Part shown: positions 26,131 to 39,069 of the stretch, piece by piece
How the letters are laid out: every line of letters starts with the position of its first letter
Position numbering within the stretch: the first letter of the stretch is position 1
Assembly (NCBI GenBank): GCA_965235115.1
Contig: OZ249448.1
Coordinates: forward strand, 7,688,001-7,752,000
DNA: 64,000 nucleotides
Source of the DNA: Laetmonice hystrix
Lineage: Eukaryota
Direction of reading: 5' to 3'
Program-made: the position numbers and the translations under genes
Notes under the pieces: model-generated
What the model was told of the DNA's origin: nothing
Seen by the model: only the letters and a program-made list of their open reading frames with translations
Databases searched by the model: none

Positions 26131-26782
26131 AGTTCTATATACCATTAGTTCTACCTTTAACAGTTCTATATACCATTAGTTCTACCTTTAACAGTTCTAT
26201 ATACCATTAGTTCTACCTTTAACAGTTCTATATACCATTAGTTCTACCTTTAACAGTTCTATATACCATTAGTTCTGCCTTTAACAGTTCTATATACCAT
26301 TAGTTCTGCCTTTAACAGTTCTATATACCATTAGTTCTGCCTTTAACAGTTCTATATACCATTAGTTCTGCCTTTAACAGTTCTATATACCATTAGTTCT
26401 ACCTTTAACAGTTCTATATACCATTAGTTCTGCCTTTAACAGTTCTATATACCATTAGTTCTGCCTTTAACAGTTCTATATACCATTAGTTCTGCCTTTA
26501 ACAGTTCTATATACCATTAGTTCTGCCTTTAACAGTTCTATATACCATTAGTTCTACCTTTAACAGTTCTATATACCATTAGTTCTGCCTTTAACAGTTC
26601 TATATACCATTAGTTCTGCCTTTAACAGTTCTATATACCATTAGTTCTGCCTTTAACAGTTCTATATACCATTAGTTCTACCTTTAACAGTTCTATATAC
26701 CATTAGTTCTACCTTTAACAGTTCTATTTACCATTAGTTCTACCTTTAACAGTTCTATATACCATTAGTTCTACCTTTAACA
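26131..26782. repeat. Minisatellite, 31-bp unit, about 21 copies
   Basis: Unit AGTTCTATATACCATTAGTTCT(A/G)CCTTTAAC, itself a dimer of two AGTTCT-initiated subunits (16+15 bp). Confidence 0.98.
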
Positions 26783-28639
26783 TTCTCTCAGGTCCTTACC
26801 CTGATTACTATTTCACATCTCGCCTTGGGACGTTTAGTGAATAAATAAACATCCTGCTGACCCGGAATTATAATAGGAGAAATCGGGTGGAATAAAACGG
26901 AGAGAAATCCCTTGTGATGTGGCGTCACGGCTGATTAACTTTTAATCATTACGACCGGGGGGCTTGTGTCTCCTAACGGTACACCGCTGGCTGCAGGTGC
27001 GCCCGTGATCGGCTGAGGTGTTGCTGTACTCCCCACTGGACTGCCCCCAGTGGGAGTCCACCTCACCCCTCCCACCCTCCCCCTGTCGAGCCCTCGCCAG
27101 CTGCTGGCCACGCTCCAACAACACCGGCCGTTCTGGCCGTTCTCTCACCAAGACATGTATATTTCATCGCTTCATGACAAGCACCCATTAGTGCCACGTC
27201 CCTCTACGTCGCCGCCAGCGGCAACACCATAAATGGCCGCTCATCAACGGGCCTCGCCAATTAATGCCGTGTCGGCCGACGGTGTATTGTCATACGGCCG
27301 ATCTGCCTCGGGCCACTTGGTATTGTGCGTGTGTACCAGCGCCGCGGGCCGCCAAATGAACACATCCCAAACAATCCATTACCGGACCCTCACCCCCCCC
27401 CCCCCCTCTGACCACCGCCTTCTGTGGGCCTCCAAATCGTCTCAATAAACCCCACCATTTCCTGGTTATTTAACAACCCCTTCTTCTCCCCTGAAGTGAA
27501 CCCCACACGGTTTAGATACCCCTGATACCCCCTTAAAAGGCTTTGGGCAAGGAAAGAATCAAGTGTTATTTATAACAGAGAATATTGTACACTAGGAGCC
27601 TTCACTTTAGGTCAGATCAACTCGGCTGTTTATGTCACGAGGAGGAATAATTGATGGTTGTAAAAGGTCAGGGTTTCTACTTCAACTATTTCTTGTCCCT
27701 GGTGTAGAATTAAGTCTGCCGATATATAGATGCCTGGCTTGGTCCCTCAGTCGGCAGATCTGGTCAGGGCCAGAGGTAGTCCACCGTTATCGTTGTCAAA
27801 CTTTCCCCAGTACGGCGCAGTGGCGTTATGGTGGAGTTTGTCAGAACGCCCCGGCTCGTGGCAAGACGTGGCATTTCTCAGCGCTTCCTTTGATGATCAT
27901 TGTGTCAAATGTTGACGCTGCTGCTCAGACAGAAGATGAAGTGAGCCCCGAGCCCCTCACCTTTCAACTTCGGATAAGCTCTTCTCTTGTGCTGTCCTCG
28001 AGGCGGCCGTTGTTTGGGCGACTGCGGGCGTCTTTTCCCAGAACCAAGCGCTCGCTCTAATCTTTGCTGTGTTTCCTACCCTCAGGGTACCTCAACAGCC
28101 CTGCTCGCCTGACATCAAGCGAGGAATCTTTTGGCAATCAAAGATGGCTGACAAGAAGCAGACCTATGACCTTTAAAATATGACCTTGGGCCATAGCAAG
28201 CAGGCAGCTAACACCTCCAAACATGACGCCTTTAATAGGTCTGGAAAACATGGCTGTCATGTGAACCGTAATGATTTGTGGGCCTGGCGGGGGTTTGCAC
28301 AATTTTTTTTCATTCCATCTCGTTTCTCTTTTCAACCCCAGGGCAAAGCTGAAGACCATTTAACAAGCGACGCCCCCCCCCCGAACACATTGGCAAATTG
28401 AAAGCCCCAATGCCCCGAGGGCATTTTACAAAGACAGTCAAAGGCAAAAGTGGAATCACAGAGAATGAAGTTGTACTTCGATTACCAACTATTTTGCTTT
28501 CATACCCTTTGGTAGCGGCAGTTGTTACTGGCCCAGACCTCAGTAAACCATAGCGGAAGGGAACTGTGGCCCTCTGGGAGGAACCTAGGTTAGATTACTT
28601 TCCCACCAGTCTACCACACCTGAGGCGACACGTATTGGG

Positions 28640-29075
28640 AATCTATATCGGCATCACAGCCGTTTCCACATCAGTGTCAGGGCTCCATTTATTTTTCGCC
28701 TCACGTATTTGTTGATTTTTAGCCTTGATGTGAGGGGTGCCACGAGCGTATGTGAGGCTGCACCGATCATTCAACATTACTGTGACGTCTTTTGATACTT
28801 TGTTCATGTAATGTTCAATGTAACTACAGCGTCCTGTTATTGTCATATCTTGGTGAAGGCAAACACCCTCGGGTAATCATAACAAGGTTTCACAAAATGA
28901 GTAAGCGGCCTCGTAAATGGAACCATACCGACTTCAACCTCCTTGATTCAAAGCCTGTTCCAATTTGCAAACCTTTAACACAAGGAACTTATTACTGCGT
29001 GCAGATTTTTCAAGTATTGCCTGTCGTCATCCGTGCCACAATAGCCAAGGGAATGACTCAAACACGGCCTCCCCC
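28640..29075 (-). pseudogene. Possible hAT (TTF zinc finger / ZMYM1-like) transposase N-terminal relic
   Basis: Across frameshifts: VFESFPWL..., KGFANW.., NQQIREAKNKW; resembles F..FPWL.Y / GF.NW / Q.I..EK..W. Confidence 0.25.
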
Positions 29076-29858
29076 GACTGGCAGGGGGCTATGGTAATGG
29101 GTCGGCCCTTTCAGTAAACTTTCACCAGTCAACACTGAGTCTAGTGTTGGTGACCACCAAGTGGACAATCCCAGGTATGTTTATAGTGGAAACCTACACC
29201 AGTTTCACAACCACCAACAATGTGGCGGTCAATATGTAAAGTGGGTCCTCTGACCTCCGTGTTACCTGAGCCTCCTCGAGGGCTGCTCACCTGGACCCGC
29301 CGGTCGGAATGCCCCTCAGGGCCAACCCTGGCATGTACCCAGATTTACGGGTTCCACAGTGGACATCAAGCTAGGCTTTCCTTTATGAATCAAAGAGATT
29401 TACAATGTTAAATTTGTTTACTGCACATTGAGCCACACATAACCCAGCATGTTGACACACTGTTGGTCGGACGCCAGTTCAACAGCACCGGTCTAAAGTT
29501 TGGAATTCCGTTTCACACCGACACAATACCTGAAGACATTCTTGGCGAGTGTTCAACCTGACATGACCTCAGACAGTAAGTCAGGCAGTGACCACCGGGG
29601 GCCAAACAAAGGTCAAACACCTCTAATTGACGATTTGAGGGACACTTGAAAATGGTCATCCCGACCGGCTAATGTCAGCCTAAACAACCAGTTGAAGCTC
29701 GTCACTGGAATCCGTACTGACAGGGCTCAAAGGTCAATCAATCCTCCGTGAACTATGGAACAGGCCCCGGCAATGTCCATGTTTACATTCGTAATGATTG
29801 CACTGGTTTCAACTTGATGGGATCTCTTCTGACAGGTTGTAGCACAAGACACACTTCT

Positions 29859-30085
29859 GGACAGTTCAGCTTCAACAATAATGATTTTCACGATTAATTT
29901 TAGAATTTGTTATTATAGACTTTTTGAATTTTACCGGGGGCAGCATTACCCCCCCCCCACCAAAGTGAAGGGACAGTTCAGCTTCAACAATAATGATTTT
30001 CACGATTAATTTTAGAATTTGTTATTATAGACTTTTTGAATTTTACCGGGGGCAGCATTACCCCCCCCCCCCCCCCAAAGTGAAG
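29859..30085. repeat. Tandem duplication, about 112 bp x2
   Basis: GGACAGTTCAGCTTCAAC...CCAAAGTGAAG occurs at 29859 and 29971; copies differ only in and around the poly-C tract. Confidence 0.95.
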
Positions 30086-33000
30086 TTGGTCAGGGGCCCT
30101 CTCGAGAAGTTATGTAGGTAAGGTTTTCCCTGTGTGACCAGTGTTCCGACCCCTGGCCCACCACCCTGACTCACTGGGCACCCCGACACTGCTGCCGACA
30201 CCTGTGACTGTTCACTAACGGTCACCTCACACCGGCCTGGCCGTCATCGTCACCAGGACGTGTTGACATCCACCTGGAGTGGAGCGGACTCCACTTGACG
30301 GGCGCCTGTATCCACCACGGAACTATCCACCCCTCCCGGTCATTGTCCGGAGTTACTGGTCATTGTCCGGAGTTACTGGCCGTGGATTGAGCTACCAACT
30401 CATCACAAAGGTCTCGGGGCAGTATTGTCATGAGGAGGCCAGGCCACCTCCCCACCAGCCGGCCACTCTATCCCTCGGAGTACCACTGACCACTGGCCAC
30501 TCAATACCTCCTCACAGCCGGCCCTCGCTTACCACACCCCCGCCCGGCCGGTCACCACTGACCGGCCACACCCCTCACACTCACAATGGACGGGGTCGGC
30601 CGCTGTAACAATAGAAAGACAATAGTGAGCGGCGTTAACCCAGGTGAATCTCAGCCTAGTACATATGCTCACACCTCATCGCTAACTGTGGTCAATGCCA
30701 GGACACCCCCCTCCGCCCCACTCCATATTATTGCCACCCGTCGTGGTCAGTTTATGAGCCCTTTGTGTCCACCCCTGACTAGGGCGTTTAGTTTAGGCCA
30801 GTCCACGGATGACCAGGCCACTAGCCCGGTCACCCCAGGTAACCGGCGCCCATTATGTCGCCTTTATACTGTCCTTCTACCCCAACCACCACATCATTGG
30901 GACTCACACCTCATGGAAACCTCCTATAATGGACGACACCTCCTCCAAACCCTCAACTGGTAGCGGTCATCTCCAAACACCTGGTGGGTCAGGGTGAGAA
31001 CACTCAACCTGCCAATGTACCCGCTATGGTTCCACACAACGACCCTTGTTACGGCAAGAAGGCACCCGTCCGAGCTGACACCACGCGAGCTCACGTTCTC
31101 ACAAACTGATTCTCGGCTGCATCTGGTATGACGTCACATCCGGTGTAGTCACAGCGCCACCTGGTATGTCCTCACCATACAAACATCAGCCGTCTTACCA
31201 ATGATCCCAGGTCACAATACCAGGAGGATATCAACCCCAGGAGGGGTCAAGATTACCTACTTGTGTACCGAACCCCATCCCTCAGACACATACTGGTCCC
31301 ATAAGAGCTCCCATCCCCACTTTCTCTCCCCAACATTTCCCGTCTGTGGTGTCCCACTGTGACTGAGGGCGGGTTCAGACACAATCTGGGAGTAGAAGTT
31401 CTCTGTCAGGTCCCGTCTTGATGGGAATATTATCCGCCAGCAGGAGCCAACACAAAACCCAAACCCTCTTCACCCCCGCCGTACAACACAAACACTTATG
31501 ATCTACACCAGAATAGTGAAATCCAAAACCCACTGCAATTTTATTTGTGTGTGTGTGCATTAGGGTTCTTCAAAGATAAAATCTTTTCACACGGATCTGC
31601 CATAAAAAGCGCTATTTCATCCCTGGCCTTCATTTGAAAACACCTAATTCCTCTGGAGCGGAGTGTAAATATGTTGTTTCATATGCTTTAGGTGGAAGGC
31701 TGTCCATGCGACACGTAGTCCTGTGGGTGGTTGGTTTTTGCAGTGTTGACTTACCACAGGTCCTAAGCTGAGCGGACTGCCCGGCCTAGCCCAACAAACA
31801 TGGATTCTGACTTGATGCAAACACCATCCATCTTCATGTCAGCCTGGGTCTGCATGCATTTTGTGAGGCCTTTGTATGGAGCAAGTGGAGCTCCTCATGT
31901 CAAGTGCTGGGCTGACAAGGTCCGTGGTGTTCAATAGGAGCTATCTTATAGGCTACACGGCCGAGTGGCAATTCCCACCACATCCAACAAAGGTCACATC
32001 AAACCAACATTGGCGACACAAAATTAAACAAACTCACACAGACTTGAAATTAATTTCCTCAGACCCCAGATGGACGGTGTAAACTGATACTTAAGTTTTC
32101 TTTGGTTTCTATGAGCCACTTGTAAAGTGCTAACCCTCTGTAGGGTTGTCCCAACACGACCAGGGAAAGATCAGAGAGGAGACCGTCCACAATGCAGTAC
32201 AATCAAGTCCTCGTTGAAATGGCAGTCAGGTTTACATGTGCTGTAGCGGGCTTTGAACACGAGACCATCTATCATGGTTGGCTCTCCAGTGATTTACATC
32301 GCTTACTATGAACAGTCTCTTCACCCAGTCAAGTTGTTAAACATGCACCCACACTGTTTATTAAACACTGCCTAAATGTTTTACAATACGTCCGCCACAT
32401 GTAGAAGCCGACCGCCTGATGTTTCACGTCCGGAGTCAGTCCAACAATGCTCGCCCGTCAATGGATTACCTCACGCTCTTTTATGGGACCACAAATTAAT
32501 TCACTGCATTCAACTGAAGAAAATCGCCATCAATAACCAACTTTCCAAGGGACAAAGATGTTGTCTTCCTCTTTTCAACTTCTCCTTTTCAAGCGAGTAG
32601 AATTTAAAGAGAAAGAAATTAGAACAGCAAATTTGTGTAAATACAAGCAGAGTTTTTTTTTCTCTCGGGATGATGCGGTATTGGAAGATGAATGACGAGG
32701 CGAGGGGCGCGGGATGGGGAGAAAGCTGCTGTTAGCAAACAATCGCTGTCTGCCGACGATGACAGCTGCTTGTAACACTCGTCCACGGTGGACGAGCGGC
32801 TCGGCGGGTCTTTGTTGTCTGGCCGGGAGTTGTGGGGCCGTGGACCGGCTGGTGTCACGAGCAACACTCACTCTCTCTAGTAGCTGTCCCCCCGGCTCCC
32901 ACAGCGTACTCAGTCGATTGTTGGCCACAGGACCGACGACTTGAGTGGCCCAGTTCTAGTGTGTCGGCCCTCCCTCCCCTCCACCAATCAGCTGTCAGAT

Positions 33001-34598
33001 CCCGGGGTGGGACTGCCATATTTGAACACCGTCAATGTCAGGTGTAGTGTGCCATGAATAATCTGTCCACTTGACAACAGAAGCGGTCTGGACGTAACAG
33101 CCGTGTATGCGGTTGAGAGCGGGTTTCTAGCATCCCTATCGAGATGTAACATTAGGGATGAGGAGCTGACTAGGGTTTGTAGCGCCATCTGTTGAGTGTT
33201 TCCAGTCCCTCTCTGAACGCTCACTTCAGTCTGCCTCCATCAGGGCGACCACTTGAAACCATTCACTCCAGCTCTTGGTCATGAGCCGTCGACGGTAACA
33301 TTAGCCAGCCTTCAAATCGGCCCTAATGCGCACCGCCATCTTCACCATCCAACCAAACCCACTACAACCATTCAAAAGCCAATGCTTGTGAAACAAGTGC
33401 CATAAAAGCCACTCGAAACTTTTATGCAACACTGGTCAGCAATGAAATGACAAAATGAGCACCAATCTTCAACCTCCTTTTTTCGGGCGCCATATTTCAT
33501 TGGATGCCAATTATGATGACAGTCTATTTTATCGGCATGCTGTCAGATTCTCCTTGATGCAGTTTACACCAGATTAAAAAACTTGAAAGAAAACCTCGCA
33601 TGGACAAAAAGCCCAAAGTCATAAACATACATTGAATAAATATCACAAATGGCACAGAAATAAAAGTTGCCAAGTCTTGGCGGTTGTTATAGTTGGTTTC
33701 ACTTGGCATGAGCTACCTCTCTCAGTATAGAAAGATCTTACATGTCCCCTCTGACTTGTCCAGTGTCATCAACACGGCAGCCAGAGAGTTGACAACCTGA
33801 CAGCAACTGGCTGCTAAAGTAATCCAAGTTGCAACATGTCGCGAGCCCGTGCCAGATTCCTGTCTGCCACTTGGCTGCCAATCAACGCGCACTGGATGCC
33901 CATGGCTCATTCAGTGTCAGCCTGCCGTGTGCCAATAATGTGCCATGTTGCACTAAGCCTGTACACATTAGTACAGCTAACTAGATAAATATTGCCCCCG
34001 TAAATGTCGAGTACATCATCACAGAAAAAGACTCGCCTTGTAATCATACAGTCTGGTATGTCTTTCATGTTGCGAATGGCCACCTAACTCCTAGTTTATA
34101 CAATCTACAGTCTGGAATAGCTCTATCCGCCGTAAGCATGATCCAGCCTTTCCTTTAAAACGTTTTAAAGCCAGAGATCATTCAGCCTTGAATTGGTATA
34201 TATTCTCTATTTTTTCTCAGACCTATCGGTTGTGTAAGTACTCAAGTCTGTCATGTTTGAGGCTGGCCTGAGCCTGCCTTATCTCGGGCCTGCCGACAGC
34301 ATTAGCCGATCATCAAGTTCCTATTTCACCACTCCAAGGCCCTTCAGTGAGAGCTCCCTCAACTCAAGTACGTGTTCTGCCAACAACGACAGGTTTGTAC
34401 TTTATCTGGGTCTTGAATGGTCTAATCCTTAAAACAAACTTTACTTCCAGGTTACGGTGAGCGCGGGAGGCATGTAGTCCAAGGTCAGGTACAAGACGGG
34501 ACACGTCCCTGTTGTCTGTACGTTCTACACTCTACATGACAATTTACTAACACACTCTTTCAGAAACTTCCAGGCACATTTCACATACACAGACACTT

Positions 34599-34658
34599 TG
34601 GGTGGTTAAGTTATCTCACTTGATATACTGGGTGGTTAAGTTATCTCACTTGATATAC
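34599..34658. repeat. 30-bp tandem duplication
   Basis: TGGGTGGTTAAGTTATCTCACTTGATATAC x2. Confidence 0.9.
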
Positions 34659-35433
34659 AAGTGCCCTTATCAGAAAGTGTTGGTTTACAACCTGAGGCAC
34701 GTGTATGCACCTGGGTACAATATGTAATATTTCTATCCTAGACAACCTCGCCCTCACTGGCTTCAGTGTCTGGCTTCATGAGATTGGAGCAGATATCTGC
34801 ATATCCTGCCTGTGCCAACCAGACAGTTGACTGGTCACATACCCAGGAAATCTTCACCCTTCAAACAACTCTCAGACCTCGGACGCTACCAGATTACTCA
34901 GGGTATCTCCAGCCACATTTTATAATGGTCATCACGTTCCGCGTTCACGTCGTGGTTTACTTTCAATAACTCCCCGGACCGCCCGCAGCGCCACCCACCG
35001 GATCTCGGCATGTAACTCGGTGTCGGTAAGACACGGCACGCCCTTCCAGATACCTCCGCACACGGAACGGAACTTGTAACAAAATGGGCCTGGCTGCCAT
35101 CTCACTTGTGACAACTCCGGCACGGCAACCCCTTAAGACATCATAAAGTCATATACAGTTAGTTCCACTTAACCCGAACTTTTGGGGAAATCAGAAAAAG
35201 TTTGGGTTAACCGAAAATTCGGGTTAACCGAAATGGCCCTATTTAGGCTCGTAGGCCTAACCATTAGGTCTGTGTCAAAGTCAAACTGCTGTAGGCCCTA
35301 CATGTAGGGCCTACATGTATGTTGTATATTTTATAATAGTACAGGGAGTGCTTTATTGTGAATAGATAGAGAAAAAACAGTTGGAAAAATTCACCTCATT
35401 TTATTGGTTCAGGTTAACCTAAATATCGATATA

Positions 35434-35859
35434 TAAAAGGGCTTCTTCAATGTCGGTGTAGGCTGACTGTCGGATTTTCTTACGGGCCAAATCACCGCAA
35501 CCTTGGTCACGCTCAGCAAAAATCTGAACACGACTAGCCAGCTGCTTTCATTGAGAAATCAGTGGCGTACCCACAAACTGAACCCAGGGGGTGCTGGAAA
35601 TAACCAACGTCGTAGGCGCTGCAAATTGGAAGGGGGCCGTGGGCAACAAGCGCAGCAAAAAAAAAAAAAATTGGGCAAATTGAGGGGGTGCTTAAGCACC
35701 CCAAGTACCCCCCCCCCCCGGTACGCTACTGGAAATGGTGGCGGGAGGTATACCTAACTCCTTGGAAAGCTTATTAACCTTCTCTCCATTGTCAAGACGT
35801 TGCAAAATGCTAACTTTTACTGACAAGGGGTACGAAGATTGCTTCTGTTTCTGTGACAT
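35434..35859 (-). pseudogene. pogo/Tigger (CENP-B-like HTH) transposase N-terminal fragment, interrupted and truncated
   Basis: MSQKQKQSSYPLSVKVSILQRLDNGEKVNKLSKELGIPPATIS|Q*KQLASRVQIFAERDQGCGDLARKKIRQSAYTDIEEALL after removing the nested MITE; psq-type HTH plus the start of the second HTH; no DDE domain. Confidence 0.85.
35560..35731. mobile_element. 172-bp MITE nested in the pogo transposase, 5-bp TSD
   Basis: TIRs CAGTGGCGTACC / GGTACGCTACTG (11 of 12 match); GAAAT duplicated at 35555-35559 and 35732-35736; excision restores the transposase frame. Confidence 0.85.
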
Positions 35860-36452
35860 AGTGCTAGCTGTATGGTAGTAGCAAGAACGAACTGGGGTGG
35901 TAAGGTTCTGGCTTGTTTTATAGCAAGAAGCGTCAGCAACAAAGTGAAGAGGTGTGACTCTCGTGCCTGACACGTCCTAAATTAGATTCACAAGTTTCTT
36001 ATAACAAGGTAGAGCTGAGACCTGAATTCAAAGATTAGCCCCTGGAGACCGTCTTAATACTGTGAATGTTTGATCTATTGTATAACGTACAATAGACAGC
36101 AGCAAAGAGAAGAGGTGTGACTCAACACTGACACAGGTGTGATGTTAAAACAGATCGCCTGTTTATACCTAGTCTTAGATTGTGCAAACAAAAAGTTCGG
36201 GTTAACCGGAAAAAATGCCTCTTTGGAAATAAAAATCAGTTCAGGTTAACCGAAAATTCGGGTTAACCGAATTCGGGTTAAGCGGACAAAATAGACAGTA
36301 TTAAATAGGAAATCTGCAGGGAAATTGAAAAAAGTTTGGGTTAACCGAAAGTTCGGGTTAACCGAGTTCGGGTTAAGTGGAACTAACTGTATACGCAAAC
36401 TTCTCCGAGCCAGACTGGAATCCAGGAAGCAATTGGTGCCAGGCTGATGTGG

Positions 36453-36544
36453 GGTGGAGACAGCGGCTGTAGTCAGACTGCGGTGTAGACAGCGGCTGTA
36501 GTCAGTCAGACTGCGGTGGAGACAGCAGCTGTAGTCAGTCAGAC
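36453..36544. repeat. Short degenerate tandem repeat, about 30-bp unit x3
   Basis: GAGACAGCGGCTGTAGTCAG(TCAG)ACTGCGGTG repeated. Confidence 0.85.
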
Positions 36545-38019
36545 AGGCGTGTCTCTGTCCACTGCCACCAAGGCTAGGCCTATACACCAAACTGGTCCAC
36601 TGCCGCACCAGCATAATTTCAGGTCCCCTGGTCCCTGTTTCGCCTTTTCTCCAACAGACGGCGTACAGTGCCGTAACTGTCATTAGGACTGGCCTGAAGG
36701 AAAATATTCTGTCCTAATTTGTAGGGAGGAGGTCGCCCTAAAGCTCTACACCAGTCAGCTACAGCTTCGACATTACATTTCTTATCCTCCATACAATTTC
36801 TATTGAAATACTGCTCATCCATAAATGTCGTAACGTCATTGGCCATTATCGATAAGATCATAGGGAGTCGGACATGATGTGATGACGATGCTAGGTTTCC
36901 GTTGTCCCTTTACAGTATAAATCACGCCCATCGTGAACTCCTCCCGCTTCCTCCCCACCCCGCCCCACCCCACCCCACCCCACCCAGGTCCCCAGTGTTG
37001 GGGAGCAGGGCGGTCCGTATGACCTGTCGTGTAGAAGATCAAGACACAACTGCTGCTGTCTGCCGACCGGTGGTGATCAATCACCCCTAACCCCAGGTGA
37101 CGTGTCACCTCCAATTGCCGCGCTGATCGGCCACAAACCTTTCAAGTGACGATCACTTCCAGGCAAATCCACCGGCTTTACTCCCGTTGTTGTTGTGTAG
37201 GCGGTTCCGAGCAGAACCTTTCACGGCTACGCCCCATAGCCGAACGTTTCGCTGCTTGTCTTGGTCAGAGTTCTTCATCCCCGAGTTCTTGTTTCAATGA
37301 GACCCTCTCAGGGCACGGGGTATATGCAATCTTAAACCTCCCCTGCCACCAGTCCTCACGAAATGATACCCAAGTACAGCCTTGATCTTTAGGCTGGGGT
37401 CCGTGCCAAACCGATGTCCTCTAGCTCTGTACCTTATACACCTGCTGCTGTAACCCACGGCCCTGTAACTCCTACAACCAACATGGTCATCTCCTGTCTC
37501 ATTTATATACAGCTGGAACCCTGGTACGAGACGCGGAACCAATGCTTTCATTGAAACTGGCCATCGTCCGGCACCGATCACTAATAGCTGAACTGACCAC
37601 AAGTAGACATGACGAATCCAGACCTGATCACCTCCGTATGGTCCGTAAGGAAGTAGTGCAGACGTCTGCTTAGACAAGGCGCTGCTTCATCTTCCCACCA
37701 TCCACCAAATCAATGTTAGTCCTCCATCACCCCTGGGTGACACAGCCCTGACGCCCCCCCCCCCCCCCGCTCCCTTCCTTCTACCTTCAGGTTTCCATGT
37801 CACACAAACCCAGCTCCCATCAAAACTTACCCTTCAGCCTTGCGATGTAAATACTTCAGCCTCACGTATACACTTCATCCGACTTGCCTCCATCACGCTT
37901 TACTTCAGTCTGACGGTCACAGTTAAGCCGCTGCCACAAGTCCTGAACGCTCTTATTGTCGCCGTTCAAGCCAGCCTTGTACTTAGTCTCCACGATAGCT
38001 TCTCCTTGCCAGCAAGTCC

Positions 38020-38095
38020 CCCTCTGGGGCTACTTGCTGCAATGGCTGGAGTTATTTGCTCCTGTCACGGCTCCTTTAACTAACTTGAACAGGAG
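38020..38095 (+). pseudogene. Possible Gypsy RT/RNase H junction relic
   Basis: LFAPVTAPLTNL resembles the FA.VAAPLTNLL motif. Confidence 0.25.
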
Positions 38096-39069
38096 CCATG
38101 TTCGCCCCAAGAGGATTGCGTTGCGAAGAGTCAAAACCTGAGAAAGCGAGCTAATGGGAGGAAAATTTACACCTGTGTAAATGCCACCAGGGGGCACTGG
38201 CTCGTCCTGAGGACGTCGTGTCTCCAGCTTCAGGACAAAGTGTCAAACTGCAATTTGCGCAATTGCCACCACCGACTGAAAACAGCGCAGTTACAAGTGT
38301 CAGAGTTTTGTTTTTAAAACTTAAAAAAGAACTTGAAACAGAAAGTAACTCCTTTGTTACTGAATCACCTGGGCCAGTAAAATAATGAGTACGCGATGGA
38401 ATAATTACTGACTCCAACTTCACTGACATCCTTGGGGTATGTGTCAACCACTGCAACTTATTTTATCAACAATCTACAAAAATAGGTGCTCTTTGGAATC
38501 ATGATTAATAGATGAACTTTTGAACCAAATCAACATTCCGTACATAACTGGATAGAAAGTTTGTCTAAATCGTTTCATTTCGCCCTCTACCATTCAGTCC
38601 CTGGACGTGTTCCAAACCGCAACTCTGGAGAGAAAACAACTTCTTGAACCAATCCACAATTACACAAAAACTCGCCAAGTAATGGACTTAAAAGCCCATG
38701 TTCATTTTCTGAACACAAGTCCTGAATGAAGCTTTCTTGAGCGTTAAGTTTCTTAATGGTCCGTCCAATGTGAATGATAAGCCAATCACACAAATTGTAG
38801 GAAAGGACCATGTACTCATCCCATCGTACACAATTTGTATCTATATTCAAGAAAGCTATTTGAAATAGACCCGAGGCCTACTGTGCATGTGTTGAATTGA
38901 AGTGCTTGGAAACATAAAGCCAATTCGTTCCACAACCTAAACGCCAAAAAGTAAAAATAGATGATGAAACATTAAAAAAAAATCAAGCCCATTTGCTCAG
39001 TATTTTTCAGTTGTGGCACTAAGTAGCACTTGAGAAACTGCTTCCGCACGGCCATTATTCGGCCAACTT

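Larger units (their letters stand above)
35156..36389 (-). mobile_element. pogo/Tigger-type non-autonomous DNA transposon
   Basis: Perfect 25-bp TIRs (CAGTTAGTTCCACTTAACCCGAACT at 35156-35180, reverse complement at 36365-36389), TA on both sides, about 10 subterminal (T)TCGGGTTAACCG-type repeats, and an internal transposase 5' fragment. Confidence 0.92.

Noticed and set aside
658-26782. Tandem arrays as CRISPR arrays
   Set aside because: Units are contiguous with no unique spacers, no cas genes are present, and the context is eukaryotic.
36619-36861. ORF with SIMANDVTTFM as an L1/Tx1 RT YADD remnant
   Set aside because: A single degenerate motif with no supporting RT motifs nearby; too weak to list as a feature.
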